Of a DNA stretch of 64,000 nt, positions 1 through 13,196 are shown piece by piece (positions within the stretch are counted from its first letter, which is position 1; every line of letters starts with the position of its first letter). The DNA is from Chrysomallon squamiferum. Its lineage: Eukaryota > Animalia > Mollusca. The notes under the pieces were generated by a model. That model saw only the letters and a program-made list of their open reading frames with translations, made no database searches and was not told where the DNA came from. The position numbers and the translations under genes are program-made. The stretch is taken from assembly GCA_012295275.1 (NCBI GenBank), contig CM022670.1, positions 24,118,001 through 24,182,000 of the forward strand. Reading direction: 5' to 3'.

Positions 1-2124
1 TTTAATGTATATACAGATTGATGGTTTCATCATTTTCATTAGTGTTTAGATTTTTTTTTTTTTTTATCAATATAGTAATTTTAATCTGTCAGTTTTACCC
101 ATTTGTCTCTTTGTTGCTTTTTCAGATGATGATAATTCCTGTAGGAATATTAGGTCCATGTATTTGCAGGGGTAATTAGAAAACCAATTGTGAATAAATA
201 TTATTTTTGTATATATTGTTTTTTTTTTATTCTTATTGTTTTTAACCAAGACCATTTAGATCATCAGAAGATAATACTTTTTTGCATTTTTATTTGAACA
301 AAAACATTGAATGTCTGATATATCCTTTATTTTGTTAATTTGTTTCTTGTTTTATCCTGACAGTAATGTTGATCTGTTTTTATAGAATTCTGGCTAACAT
401 TAACCATATTGTTGTTGTTGGTCTTGTCATGATTATAATATTATGATGATTTTTATTATATCATCATCAATTTATTGTTATTATCATCATTTTTTTTTTT
501 TTAAATACACAACATGTTAGACAGGGTTGTATTCTGAAATTGTCTAGAATTATGTTTTCCTTAATAAAATATGGTGAATAAGAGTTAGGGGAAATTTTCA
601 GAGAGTTTAAATAATGGGCTGTCTGCTGGAGAAGAAATTCAATTCATTTCAGGAACTGTTAATATCTGCATCTGATGGAAATAGTCTCTGCTTTTTTTTC
701 CAATGAGTTACAGTGTTTTATAACGAAAGATCTGTGTGTTGTTTACCATTTATTATATTTCAAAAAGTTTTAAAACTTTACCCAACTGAAATACATAAAC
801 TTGATTTACTGTACATACAAGTTGTATTTCATAAAGCTTTATAATTATCAAACAATAACAACAATGTAGCTAATGATTCCATGTTTGTTGACTCAGTGGG
901 TATTATGGGCCTGCGGAGAAAAACGTGGATCAGAACAAATTAAGTGGTCGTCCTTTTGCCACTGGATGCATGCTGCTGTGCTTTCGGTGATCAGTTAGTT
1001 CACTTAAGATGTGATTACGCAGTCAGTTGTTTCCTTTGTGGCTACAAGTTGCTGAAGTCTCGGAGCCTCGGGCTAAAGAAATCACACAGTGAACATTGAC
1101 TGCTGGTGACAAGCAAATTGAACTAATTTGCACCTGTTGTTTTTGCCACAAGTCAGTTTGTCTCCTGGCCACTGCCGCTAAAGTTTACACCCAATTTAAC
1201 TTATTTGTCATTTGTCCGTGATGGTGTTAATCATCAGGCCTTCTTCTTTGCTTCACGTCAGTGCTAATGATTTTCATAAAAGTAATTTTTTTTTTAATGT
1301 TAAAAAAATATATAAAATTTTTGTTTGTTGTGTGTCTGTGGAAAAATATGCAAGCATACACTAAAGAAAAAGAACTGTTAAAAAAATGTCATTATTGTAT
1401 ATAACATAAAAAAGATAAAATTTATTTTACAGATACATACTTTAAAAAAAAAAAGTTAATGCAAACCTTGTAGTCTGAAATTAATACCTTTACAAATGGT
1501 TTCTTTTGTGATTACTTATTTATTATTATTATTTTATTATTAATTAATTATTATTATTATTATTATATTTATTATTATTTTTATATTATTATTATTATTA
1601 TTATGATTATTATTATTATTTTAAAACACTGTCATATTACACCACAAATATCAGCAGCTAAACTATTTAATTTAAAGGGAATTCCATGTCAGCTATATGA
1701 CAGGCCAGGGTACCATAGTTATCTCAGTCTGATGCAAATATTTCACTATTTTACATCACTGTCACCAGACGCAAATGTTTTAAATCATGGATACAAGAAT
1801 CTCTATCCAATCTGTACAACCAGAACAACAGGTGAACCCAGGGCAGGCATGCTTCAGTTCTTCTGTCATGTAATCACACTGTTCTTACACATGTTAAAGT
1901 GAAACTAAATTTGGTAATTTCAAGTTGTATTTTTCTGTTTTTAATTTCCTTCTTCTTCTTTTTTTTTTCTTTTTTTTTTTTTTTCCTACTCTATTCATCT
2001 GTCTTTTACATTTTCTTTGAGAGCTGATTTTTCTAAATCCCATATTATCTGATTATAAAGAAGATGACACACACAATATGACATTAATTAAGGAGAAATC
2101 TGAAAATAATTTTGGTACAAGGAA

Positions 2125-2164
<40 letters not shown>

Positions 2165-2929
2165 AACAAATGACAACAAGCAACTTTCACTGTGACTGCT
2201 TTCTAAAAAAGCACTGTTTCAGTATTTTTTTTTTTGTCCCTAGCGATGCCTTGTCAGGAAATGAAGATCCTAACTGGGCAGTGATTAATTGAGAAAATGT
2301 GTTCTGTTGTCAGGATGGCTGGGCCTAAAACTGACTCGTTGTCACTGCTGGAAAATCAGTATTGGAAATAAATTGGCATCTTTTGTCTGCATGGCCAGAA
2401 AACGTGTGACATATTATGATATGATCGATAAGGAAAATAGCACATTCATCAACTGCAGGCATGCTTCGACCATGGTGAATCCGCCCAAATTGCATTACAT
2501 TTTTGTTATTAGGCGTCGGTGAAACAAGTGGTAAAGTCATTCGAGTAACAGGCCCGTTGCACAGATCAGCAGATTTAAATCTTCTGTCCTAGCGGTCTGC
2601 TGTTCATACAGCTGGTAGAAGGCCTTGTGTCATAAATCAGAGAAGAAAATCTAACCATTAAAGATTTTTTTTTTTTTTTTTTTTTTTTTTCACCTGATTT
2701 ATAAAGATTCCAATTTAAGTTCATGAGAAGAAAAAAAAAAATTGAAAATAGAATGTAACAATTAAAGATTTCATTCCCTGGGTTTAGTCGTATCAGGAAT
2801 AGTTCAAGATTCAAATTTAAGTTCATAAGGAGAAAGTAACCCCCAAAAAACATTTTTGTTAAATGGAAAGAATTTGTGCTGTTTTCTCTTATAATGTTTA
2901 TAATAATTAGTTAGTACCCAGTCCTGTGT

Positions 2930-2930
<1 letters not shown>

Positions 2931-2979
<49 letters not shown>

Positions 2980-3006
2980 CATCATCATCATAATCATAAT
3001 CATAAT

Positions 3007-3060
<54 letters not shown>
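2931..3060. repeat. (AAT)n microsatellite with CAT interruptions
   Basis: Directly visible. Confidence 0.95.
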
Positions 3061-3062
<2 letters not shown>

Positions 3063-4815
3063 ATTAATTTGATCTTAGAACATTATAAAAACAAAAATAT
3101 CACTGAATATTTAAGCAACAACAAAAAATCAAAAAAAAATCATTACATTAAATTATTCACATAAAAATTATAAACAACTTGCAGTTCACTCAAATAAATA
3201 ATTATAAAAAATGAAAGACTTTGTTCGTCCTCCTACATAAGATCGTTTATGGTCTGTCTCTCTTTTGAAGTGAACAACCTGTACATTGACAGCATTCTTT
3301 AGTTCTTCTGTTTACTTTGCGATGACCCAGATTACTTAACGTAGGTTTTCTTCAGTGTCCGAGGAATGTGCTTCATGGAAGATGAAAAGCAAGTGGAACA
3401 ATCAGTACTGAAATGTCTTCATGCATTACAATCTGAGATAACACCTGTGATCTGTCATTTAACTGTACATGTTTTTCTGTTACATGGGTGAAGGTTTCGG
3501 ATACAATATGGCATTCTTTATATTATTAATACTCTTTGTCTAAAAAAAAAAAAAAATATATATATATATATGTATTAGTACATTAATAAAATATCTATAG
3601 TTAATACATGCAGAAGTAATGTATCAAATAAAGCACAGTTTCAAAATAACCAGGTTTTGTGTTAAATAAGGACACAATTACCTATCTTTGTCACACCTAA
3701 CACATATGTATTCTTTTATTTTATTGTTCATGCACTTTTACATCATATTCAATTCTTTATTCAACCTTACACTATTTTACATTTCCAAGTATTAAAACTT
3801 AACAACTAATAAATAGTTTTATAATCATGGCAGCCAGTACCTTTGATAATCATTGCAGTTGCCATAAAATGTCAACAAGCATTCCAATAAGAACTTCCTT
3901 CTTCTTCGTATGCTAATAAAAGATTAGAAATATTTTTATTTTTCTTGCAGAACTTAAGATTAGTCATATGTCTGATTGGAGGCAGAGAATTAGATAAAGT
4001 TGTTAAGAGCAACCAGTCTTCCATATACTTTCATTTATCCATTTAACTCAGTGTGAACAAGTGGACATTTTTAACAGATGGATGCTCCTAGAAAAGAAGG
4101 TGGAAAAAAACCCCCACCAAAACCAGTAAAAAGAAAATTAAAATTAAACAAGTAAAATTAAAAGGAAATAAACAAAAAGAAGTATGAAAAGGAATAAAAT
4201 CAATAAATAGAAAGAAATAATAAAACAGTAAATAAATAAATATTGAAATAAATAAATTAATAAATAAATAAAAATAAAATATAAATAAAATAAAATAAAA
4301 GAAATAACACATAATTAAAACAAAGAAACAGAAAACAAACAAATAAATAAATAAATAAATAAACATAAAAATGAAGGTAAATTTCTCACAGTGTCACATA
4401 TAACAAATATTTAACACACTGTGCACACAAATTTACAAATACTTTTATTATGATTTCAGTTTTCAGAAACAGAATACCACAGACCCTTCCAGCAGTAGTG
4501 TCACCAGTATAAATGATTAGAAGGTCAGAAAAAGACAAACTGTAGTGTCAATTGTTATTAGCTGTTAGAAATGCCAGGAAGCAAATCAGTTAAACCAGTT
4601 TCAGATTTCTTCTCACTTTTTTTATACAGGCTGCAGCATGTGGAAGTGAAACATGAAACTACCCCCCTCTGTTTGCTTTACTTATTACAATAGGTTAATC
4701 TGCATTTCATATATCAGAATGAATGAAACCATTTATGGGTATGTCTGGATTTTTATACCAGTATATATAATGTTCTCAAGTTACTTGTTTTGATTTGGTG
4801 GGAATTGAAAAACAA

Positions 4816-4846
<31 letters not shown>

Positions 4847-5744
4847 AATTAACAATCTGTTAGCAAAAAGGTTTTTAAAACTGATTTAAAATGGTGAGTG
4901 TTGATTTTCCCATTTCCCAGAGGCAAACAGGAAACATAATTAACATTTTACATTGCTTTTATTATTTAGTCATTTACTCTTTGTATTTAAAATTTGAGGT
5001 TTTATAATTTTTACCTCTACTGTAATTCAAGACCAGAAGGATTCCATGATGATGTTTAAGCTTGAAATACTGTAATAAATTGTATAGTATAGAACAGAAC
5101 TCACTTAAGAAATATAGATGTGTTGAGTATATTTAATTTGGTTTATGAGGACTCACAAAATATCTGATATATCTGTTATTATGGTGTGTAAATGTTGACT
5201 TAGCATGTTTATTTTACCAATACATTTAGTGTACTTGGTAACACAGTTATATACCTGTATCTCTGTGATACCCAGTACAAGTGTCCTGTCTTTTGCAACC
5301 GTTCAGTGAAATTTCTTGTGTTTAACCAGCAGTCAACTTTGCAGAAGAACCCAACACAAACACTGCTAATGGAATGATGCACTGTTTCTATTTCCGAGTG
5401 CATTAACCTTGCAGATGTATTTGTTTTTTTACCTGACATTTATGTAGAGTCGGTAGACTTGACACAGTAAGCTGATCTGGAATGTCAGTCTACAAGCCAG
5501 GTCAGGTTTTAGTACTGAAAAAAGGGCAACACAACCTGGTCATAGTTACACCAAACTCTCTAGATTCATTTGTTTAAAATAGGAATAAAAAAGGAAAACA
5601 AAACAAAAGGAATTATACCAGTAGCAAAAGAAACCAAACAGATCCTTTAAATAAAGATAAAACAGACGGGTTTTAATACAAATTTCATAAACTGAAATGA
5701 ATGAAAAATATTTTTATCACTACTTGATCTTTGTTTTGTCTTCA

Positions 5745-5781
<37 letters not shown>

Positions 5782-7894
5782 TTTTTTTTTTTTTTTTATT
5801 ATTATTTTTTTTTAAATTTAATTTTATGTAACAGTGTTATAAAATACTATTATTATTGGTATATTATTTTTCTGTTGTCTCATTCATTTTAATCACTCTG
5901 GTATTTTTTACAGCCATCTCAGATGTGATGTAATCATTATTTATATATTATTGTATGTGTTTATATATACATGTGTGTAATCAAATAGTTTTCAGTGTTT
6001 ATTTGTAAAATCTCAGCAGCTCTGTTTATTGCTGTAATATTGATGATGATGATGATGACTGTGATGCTTGTACCAGTAGCGATAATAATAATCATAGGAC
6101 TGCTTGATACATTTAACCTTATTTTTTATTCTGGCCACTCCCAATACCTACTTTTTCAAAAGTCATGATATATCTTTCTTTTTTTGTCTGTTAGACAGAG
6201 CATGTGAAACAAGCCTGCTGTTAACAAAATGGCATTCTTCCTTTCATCACCATCTCACTAAAACTATCTGACAAGCTGTTTACGTTAAGGTGTGTGAAGC
6301 TATCATTCTGTTGTTTGTTTTTTTATGCATGGTTGTACACTGAGTTAAGTTCATAGCTAATTATCTCTGTCAGCAGACCAGTAGTGGTTGTTAAAAACAA
6401 GGCTTCGTTAATGATTTAACAGCCTGGCATCAGAAGCCCTGGATTTACACCTTTCACTACGAATGTCTTTTGTTTTGACTAATGTACCACTGATTTAATT
6501 TCATCCTCAACATGTATTCATTGTAATCCCCACTGCAGCTGACTGTGCATTCTTAAACCATTCTATTTCAGCGGAATGGGTTTTGTGATCTGTCCCGATA
6601 CAGGCTGTTATCTAGAACTAACTGGAAGAAGTGTAAGTCTGGGATCACATTCACAGATAACCCATAAAGTTTGGATCATTATTCATGTCTCAAATTTATC
6701 TTCAGAACGTGCTAACACCAAGACTGCTGATAACCAAAGTTAACTAAATGTGACACAAATACCACAAATTACTTTCTGTTTGCAACAGACATTTTGTTTT
6801 GAATCAAATACCTTTGTGACATAATATACAAAATGAACTGTCACGTCTGTTATTATTATTTATCACAGAGAGAGAGATATTTATTTGTATTTTGCAGAAG
6901 AGGATGGATTATGCAGAAAGTGCATCATTCTATCCATTAAACAAAATTCAACTGCATTTAATAAATAAATTAATAAATAAATAAATAAATAAAAAAAAAA
7001 AAAATTTTGTCATTTTTAAATTTTTTTTTTAAACATTCCTTTACACAGCAAATGTTTCCAAAAGCATTTTAAAAAATATCTTACAGCAATTATCAGAGAA
7101 CTTCAGTTTTAAAATTTTATATAAAGATCCATAAACTTTATGTCAACATAAAACAAAAAGTGAAATAAAAGTATCCTGTTTTATGTGTCTCTGGTGACTG
7201 AGGCTGTCACGGTGCTGTGACAGTGTGATTTGTAGGACTTCAGATATAACAGGCAGTTTTTCACTTGTGAAAGTTTACAAAGCTTAGATGACCACCAGAG
7301 GTTTTATATTTGGAGACAAATTAATATTACAGAAGAGATTTTATAAAGTGAAAAATGGAAGCTTAAGGGGATGAAATGAACACACTGTTACCAGTATTGT
7401 TGTTAGTGAAAATAGACATTTATCTCCTAAGATGATGGATAATTTGTAATTTTTTAATGGCATTTTCTTTTCCTTTTTCTTTTTATAAAATTGTGTATTT
7501 CTGATTAACATTATGAAATAAAAAGTTTTCTCAACCATATTTGTTTGATAATCTTTTTTTCTTTTCTTTTTTGTTTGTTTTGGTTTTGTGGAAGAAATTA
7601 TTTTTTTTTGATTTTTTTTTGTTAATATAGATGCAAAATAATATAGTGATTACAAATGAAGTTTTCTTACCTTTTGGTGCACTGTACAATTAATAAATAA
7701 TAACATAAGATTTTTGTTAAGTAAAACAAACTTGATTTGGAAAATAATAGCCAGTCATAGCCAGTAATAGCAGCAGTAGTAGTAATAGTAATAGTAATAA
7801 TAAATAACCTTACTATTTTAATTTTTATCCTAAGGTAATAATAATTTCAAGAAAAAAGTGTAGTAGCTGTTGATGCTTAGTATTATGGTCTGTT

Positions 7895-8094
7895 AGAGTG
7901 TGCCACTGAAGCCAATACTTCTGACTTCAGTAGTGGAGGTTTCTGTTAGGGTTACATATCTGTCTAGTCTCTACCCATTGACCAGTCAAGTACTGGTGTC
8001 CCTAACAGAAGCCAAAGCTCCTGGCTCATCTCTTTGGGTCACTGAGTCACACAAGCCCCACTCACCACATCAAGGAATGGACTCTGAAGGGGAG
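7895..8094 (-). mobile_element. RTE-clade LINE (or derived SINE) 5' region fragment
   Basis: GC-richer block reading TCTACCCATTGACC..CCCTAACAGAAGCC..AGCTCCTG..GGGTCACTGAGTCACACAAGCCCC..CACCACATCAAGG on the + strand, resembling the antisense of RTE 5' UTRs as I recall them. Not verified by search. Confidence 0.5.
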
Positions 8095-9554
8095 AATAAA
8101 CTAATAAATGCTAAGAGCATGTTTTAAATTTACAAATGTAAATGAATTTATTTTGGTGTGTTTGATTTGTTAGTAAAGACAGCTTCCTGAGCAGGTACCA
8201 GTCAGTGTTAGTTTTCTCTCAGATTATCTCTTCCACAGTGAAATTTTAATTGCCTCTTCACATGCTGTTCTGAGTCAGATTTTGTTTAATTCTAAACATA
8301 CACTGAATATGTACTCAGTCTCTGTGTACCAAAAAAATCTGTGGTCTCAAAATTCTGAACATTCACAGAACTAAGTGTGTATATATATATATATACAGTT
8401 CATGTATAAATCAGTCTGTGCCTTCAGAGGTACCTGAGTGTGAATGTACACTTGAAGGGGTGCTGCAGCATGTGTCTATTTGCTAACCTGGAATGTATCC
8501 ACAAGTGTCTCTTTACTAACAAGGTAAATAAATCAGGCAGATAAAAGATTTTTCCAGAGCTGGCAGCATCCAGCTTAGGAATAAGTGAACAGCAAATCAA
8601 TCAGACAAACTGTTTAGTCTCCTGAGACCATCACCATCGGAATCATTTGGCCATTGCAGAGTATCCACAATGTAAATAATTTATATTAGTGGTGAACTTT
8701 TAACACTGCCACTATATTCCATTACAGCATTGTATTTTCAGCTGATGACATCTCCACCTTTCAAGATGTAATTTGGTACCTAAACTGTTACATTTTTTCC
8801 AGTGCCATTTAGCCTGACCACAGGGACCCAGGGGCTAATGGCACTTCTCTGTTCACCCCTGTCCTGAGTGCAAACCAGCATCAGCAGAGCACTACTTATT
8901 TTATTTGTTCCCTTTATCTGAAAGCCATTCACAATTATAATGGGAGTAACAATTTCATCTTTAGTCTAGACAGACAATATAACTGAATGCTGTGTGCTGT
9001 AAAACAGATTAGTCCTGAACTGTTCCTGTGCAATATCTGTCCTTACTTTTTACAACATTCCTACACTAGGACAGTCATGTATTCACAGATTTCTAGACAC
9101 ACACACAGACATACAGACAAACAAAACATACACACTCTCATACAAATATATATATATAAACTTAAAACATCTTCCTATATACATACATCCAAATAAAAAT
9201 ATAAACACACACATACACACATTCACAGACTTTAATTTTAGTTTCTGTCTATCAATCTGAACACCATTAATTCTGCCAGCTCATCTTTACAAAGGGTCGT
9301 TTCGTGAGTGGCACTGATTAATCTGTTTAAGTCAGCTGGATTATTGATATATGTCGCAGTCTACATTCAGTCCTTGACTGTTGAAGATCTTTCCACAGAA
9401 GAAAGATTTAGAACAAGGATTATTTATTCTTATGTACCTGTAGCTGTTTATCTTTCAGGTCATATGCAATGTGTCTGTGTGTATGTATGTGTTTGTGCAG
9501 ATGTGTGTGTCTGTGATTTTTTTATGTGATAGATAATAGGATTTCTTTAAAGTC

Positions 9555-9566
9555 CATGTGTGTGTC

Positions 9567-9597
<31 letters not shown>

Positions 9598-9715
9598 TTA
9601 TTTATGTATGTATGTATGTATGTATGTATGTATGTACATATGTTTACGTACGTATATATGTCTGTGTATGTATGTATTTATGTATGTGTATGTATGGTGT
9701 ATGTATGTGTGTAAT
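9555..9715. repeat. Compound (GT)n/(TATG)n microsatellite
   Basis: Directly visible. Confidence 0.9.
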
Positions 9716-11362
9716 TATGTGAGTGTGAGGGTGTTTTTTTTATGTGATAGATAATGATCTTATTAAAGTTCACATTAGGCTGTTTCCAATTCCTGTCAGT
9801 GTCTGTAACTAGCTTATCAAAATCTATGATATGAGCTATCCTATTACTGGAAAAGATGCCTTGATGCTTATTTGTATCATCATTATTACTACACTGTTTG
9901 TCTGACACATAATGAGTGTAGATACAAAAATGTCAACATGTAATAATAAACAGTAATTTGTTGTATTTCAGTTTGTTTGTGTTTTAAATATGTTTATATA
10001 TGCATTTTTTAATGACATTTTCTTTTCCTTTTTCTTTTTATAAAACTGTGTATTTCTTATTAATACTATGAAATAAATAAAAAAATTCTCAACCATTATT
10101 TTAAAATTTTTGCTTGATTCTTCATTTCTGATATCCATTTCATGGGAACTGGCCTGAGTGCCTGCTACTCTTGAATAGATAAAATTGTGTCAAACATGTT
10201 TTTTTTTCACTGACATTTAAACTTTTCTTCATCACTGCACAATGACTGTAACAGTTCCCACTTTGCTGTTGACAGTGCTCATATGGCTTCAGGATGTCTC
10301 ACTTGACCAAGAGAATTTGTGTTCATCTCCCATTTGTGTCTCTGTCTTTCCTGTGTCTGGAAATCCTAGCTGGTGCTTCCTCTTAATGAATGTTTACCAT
10401 CATCATTGAACATTTCACTGAGGTTGGACTCTGACTTGCTGAAGATATGAAGAGTTGAGGTTCATGTTTTGAGTGTTGCAGTGAAAGATAATAAAGGCAC
10501 ATTTAAGTTAGTTGTGAGTTCTTCAGATGTTGAATGTGTATTATACACTTGCAAATGCAAGGAAACATCAAAACTCATTTTATTGAATATAAATTTAAGT
10601 ACTTGAGAAAGCACAAGGATGAGAATACAATTCAGATAGTTTAAGAAACTTAGCATTTAAAATGCAGTAACAATATAGTTAAGGCTTCTTGATGACATTT
10701 TTTGCAATGAATAAAATATGGATTTTATTGGATAAGACTATAGATGCATTTGATTCTTTATGCCTGAAAATATATAAAACCAACCTTTAATTTATGGTTC
10801 TATATTATCTAGTATCCTAATACATTTCTCAGATTTGGTGGCAGCCATGGATACACACATGTTTAGAGTAATTGAAACAGCAATAAATACAATACATTTC
10901 AACAAATTATTATTTCTTATTTACATATTATTTATTAGCCTGTACCTATCATGATAACATATATATATATATATATATAGTATAATAAAAGGCAAACAGG
11001 AGTTTAATTTGACTTAAAACAGCCATATCATCATCCTTTTCTGGTTGCCATGTTGATTTCTGTGTGGGTTATTGGGAAAATATAGCTGGATTAGATTCTT
11101 TATGCCTGGAAACACATGAAACAAACTTTCATTCAGGTTTCTGTCTAATATAGTTACGAAGGTGTGATGAAAATGGATTCAGAAGTGGTCATCTTGGATT
11201 TAGCCTCCTAGCTGAAACTGCTTATGGGTGAGATGTTACCTGGCAGTTTCAGAATATATATATATATATGCCCTAAATATCAATTATCGACACTAAAAAA
11301 CCCTTTAGATGCCAAAATGAGGTTAGGCATAAGTACAGCATTTGTCCTCCAGACTGTTTACA

Positions 11363-11926
11363 CACTGTTGTATACAATCAGTACAGTGAGACAGGATTGG
11401 TCAAACAGTAATAACTTGACTGATCTCAGTTTGTTAGTAAGACTGCTGTATACAATCAGTACAGTGAGACAGGATTGGTCAGTCAAACAGTAATAACTTG
11501 ACTGATCTCAGTTTGTTAGTAAGACTGCTGTATACAATCAGTACAGTGAGACAGGATTGGTCAAACAGTAATAACTTGACTAATACTCAGTTTGTTAGTA
11601 AGACTGCTGTATACAATCAGTACAGTGAGACAGGATTGGTCAAACAGTAATAACTTGACTAATACTCAATTTGTTAGTAAGACTGCTGTATACAATCAGT
11701 ACAGTGAGACAGGATTGGTCAAACAGTAATAACTTGACTAATACTCAATTTGTTAGTAAGACTGCTGTATACAATCAGTACAGTGAGACAGGATTGGTCA
11801 AACAATAATAACTTGACTAATACTCAATTTGTTAGTAAGACTGCTGTATACAATCAGTACAGTGAGACAGGATTGGTCAAACAATAATAACTTGACTGAT
11901 CTCAGTTTGTTAGTAAGACTGCTGTA
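11363..11926. repeat. 78-82 bp tandem repeat, 7 near-identical units
   Basis: TATACAATCAGTACAGTGAGACAGGATTGGTC starts at 11371, 11449, 11531, 11610, 11689, 11768 and 11847. No unique spacers. Confidence 0.97.
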
Positions 11927-12491
11927 CCACCTGCTGTTATGAAATCTCTTGCATCTCTTTCTCTGACATTGTTTCTTTCCTTTGCTGCATCCCACGCCCA
12001 CCACAACTGACTGAAAAATGTCAACAAGATCAGCTTGAGTTAACTTTGCTGAAACAATTTTTACCTGAAACAGTTCTTCTTCTGTTGACACACAAAGCAT
12101 TAAGACAACAGTTCAACACCATTCACATTGGATGAAAGATGATTCTTTTACCTTCAGAACTAGGAATGAAAAGTTTTGTTAACTATATGATACAATATTT
12201 TGGATTGTTTAACAAATCTGCCAGTGCTAGCAAGATTACAGTGAATACATTGCAAACTTGAATTTGCAAAACAAGTTTTGGTTAAGATTGACAAATGTAA
12301 CTGCAATTGTAAAACAGTTACATCAAGTATACAATTAGCAAGTTAAAATGGTTTATCAAAAGAATCAGACTGTTATTTCAGTTTTCCTAAAATGTTTCCA
12401 GTAAAGTATTTATATAACACTGAATTTTTCAGTAATCACATGAAGTTCCTAGGGAATTTATTACTGTAAAAGACACACACCCAGACATTTA

Positions 12492-12493
<2 letters not shown>

Positions 12494-12547
<54 letters not shown>
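12494..12547. repeat. (TC)n microsatellite
   Basis: Directly visible. Confidence 0.97.
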
Positions 12548-12553
<6 letters not shown>

Positions 12554-12959
12554 CTGACTTACCTTAACACTGCACAATTCTCTGAGTCTGTAATGTACTA
12601 TTACTGTCACATATATATTTTTTTTTTTGATATGGGCAAATTGCTGCACTGCTATTCAGTAGAAATCAATTTCTATTAAACCATTTTAATTATTAAAAGT
12701 TGATTCATTTTTAAGCTTTCAAAGCAATAAAAATTTGCCTTCTTCAGCTTAGTGATCCTAATGGAAGTTGTTTCTGTTAGGTTTTGTTTAAATTAAAAAT
12801 GGCAACATTACTGTCAGCTAATGTTTTTCTTTAATACAGTTTTGGACTTCAGACAGAATAGATTTTGAAACCAAGGAACGAATGATCAGTCTTTTTTGGT
12901 TGACTCACTTTATAATGAAGCTATTTTCCTTCAGCAGATATACCAAATGCCTGAATGTT

Positions 12960-13014
<55 letters not shown>

Positions 13015-13049
13015 GCAATAATAATAATAGTAATAATAGTAATAATAGC

Positions 13050-13080
<31 letters not shown>

Positions 13081-13129
13081 GTAGTAATAGTAATAATAGC
13101 AATAATAATAATAATAATAGTAATAGTAA

Positions 13130-13176
<47 letters not shown>

Positions 13177-13196
13177 ATAAAAAAAAAAAAAAAAAA
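12960..13196. repeat. Compound (AAT)n-(AGT)n microsatellite ending in an A-run
   Basis: Directly visible; explains the poly-N/poly-I/poly-S ORFs. Confidence 0.97.

Noticed and set aside
9678-9908. IIDFDK in a minus-strand ORF as a reverse transcriptase motif (FIDF.KAFD)
   Set aside because: Match is too short and flanking motifs are not recognisable.
11363-11926. Regularly spaced repeats as a CRISPR array
   Set aside because: Units are contiguous with no unique spacers, there are no cas genes, and the context is a eukaryotic intron.
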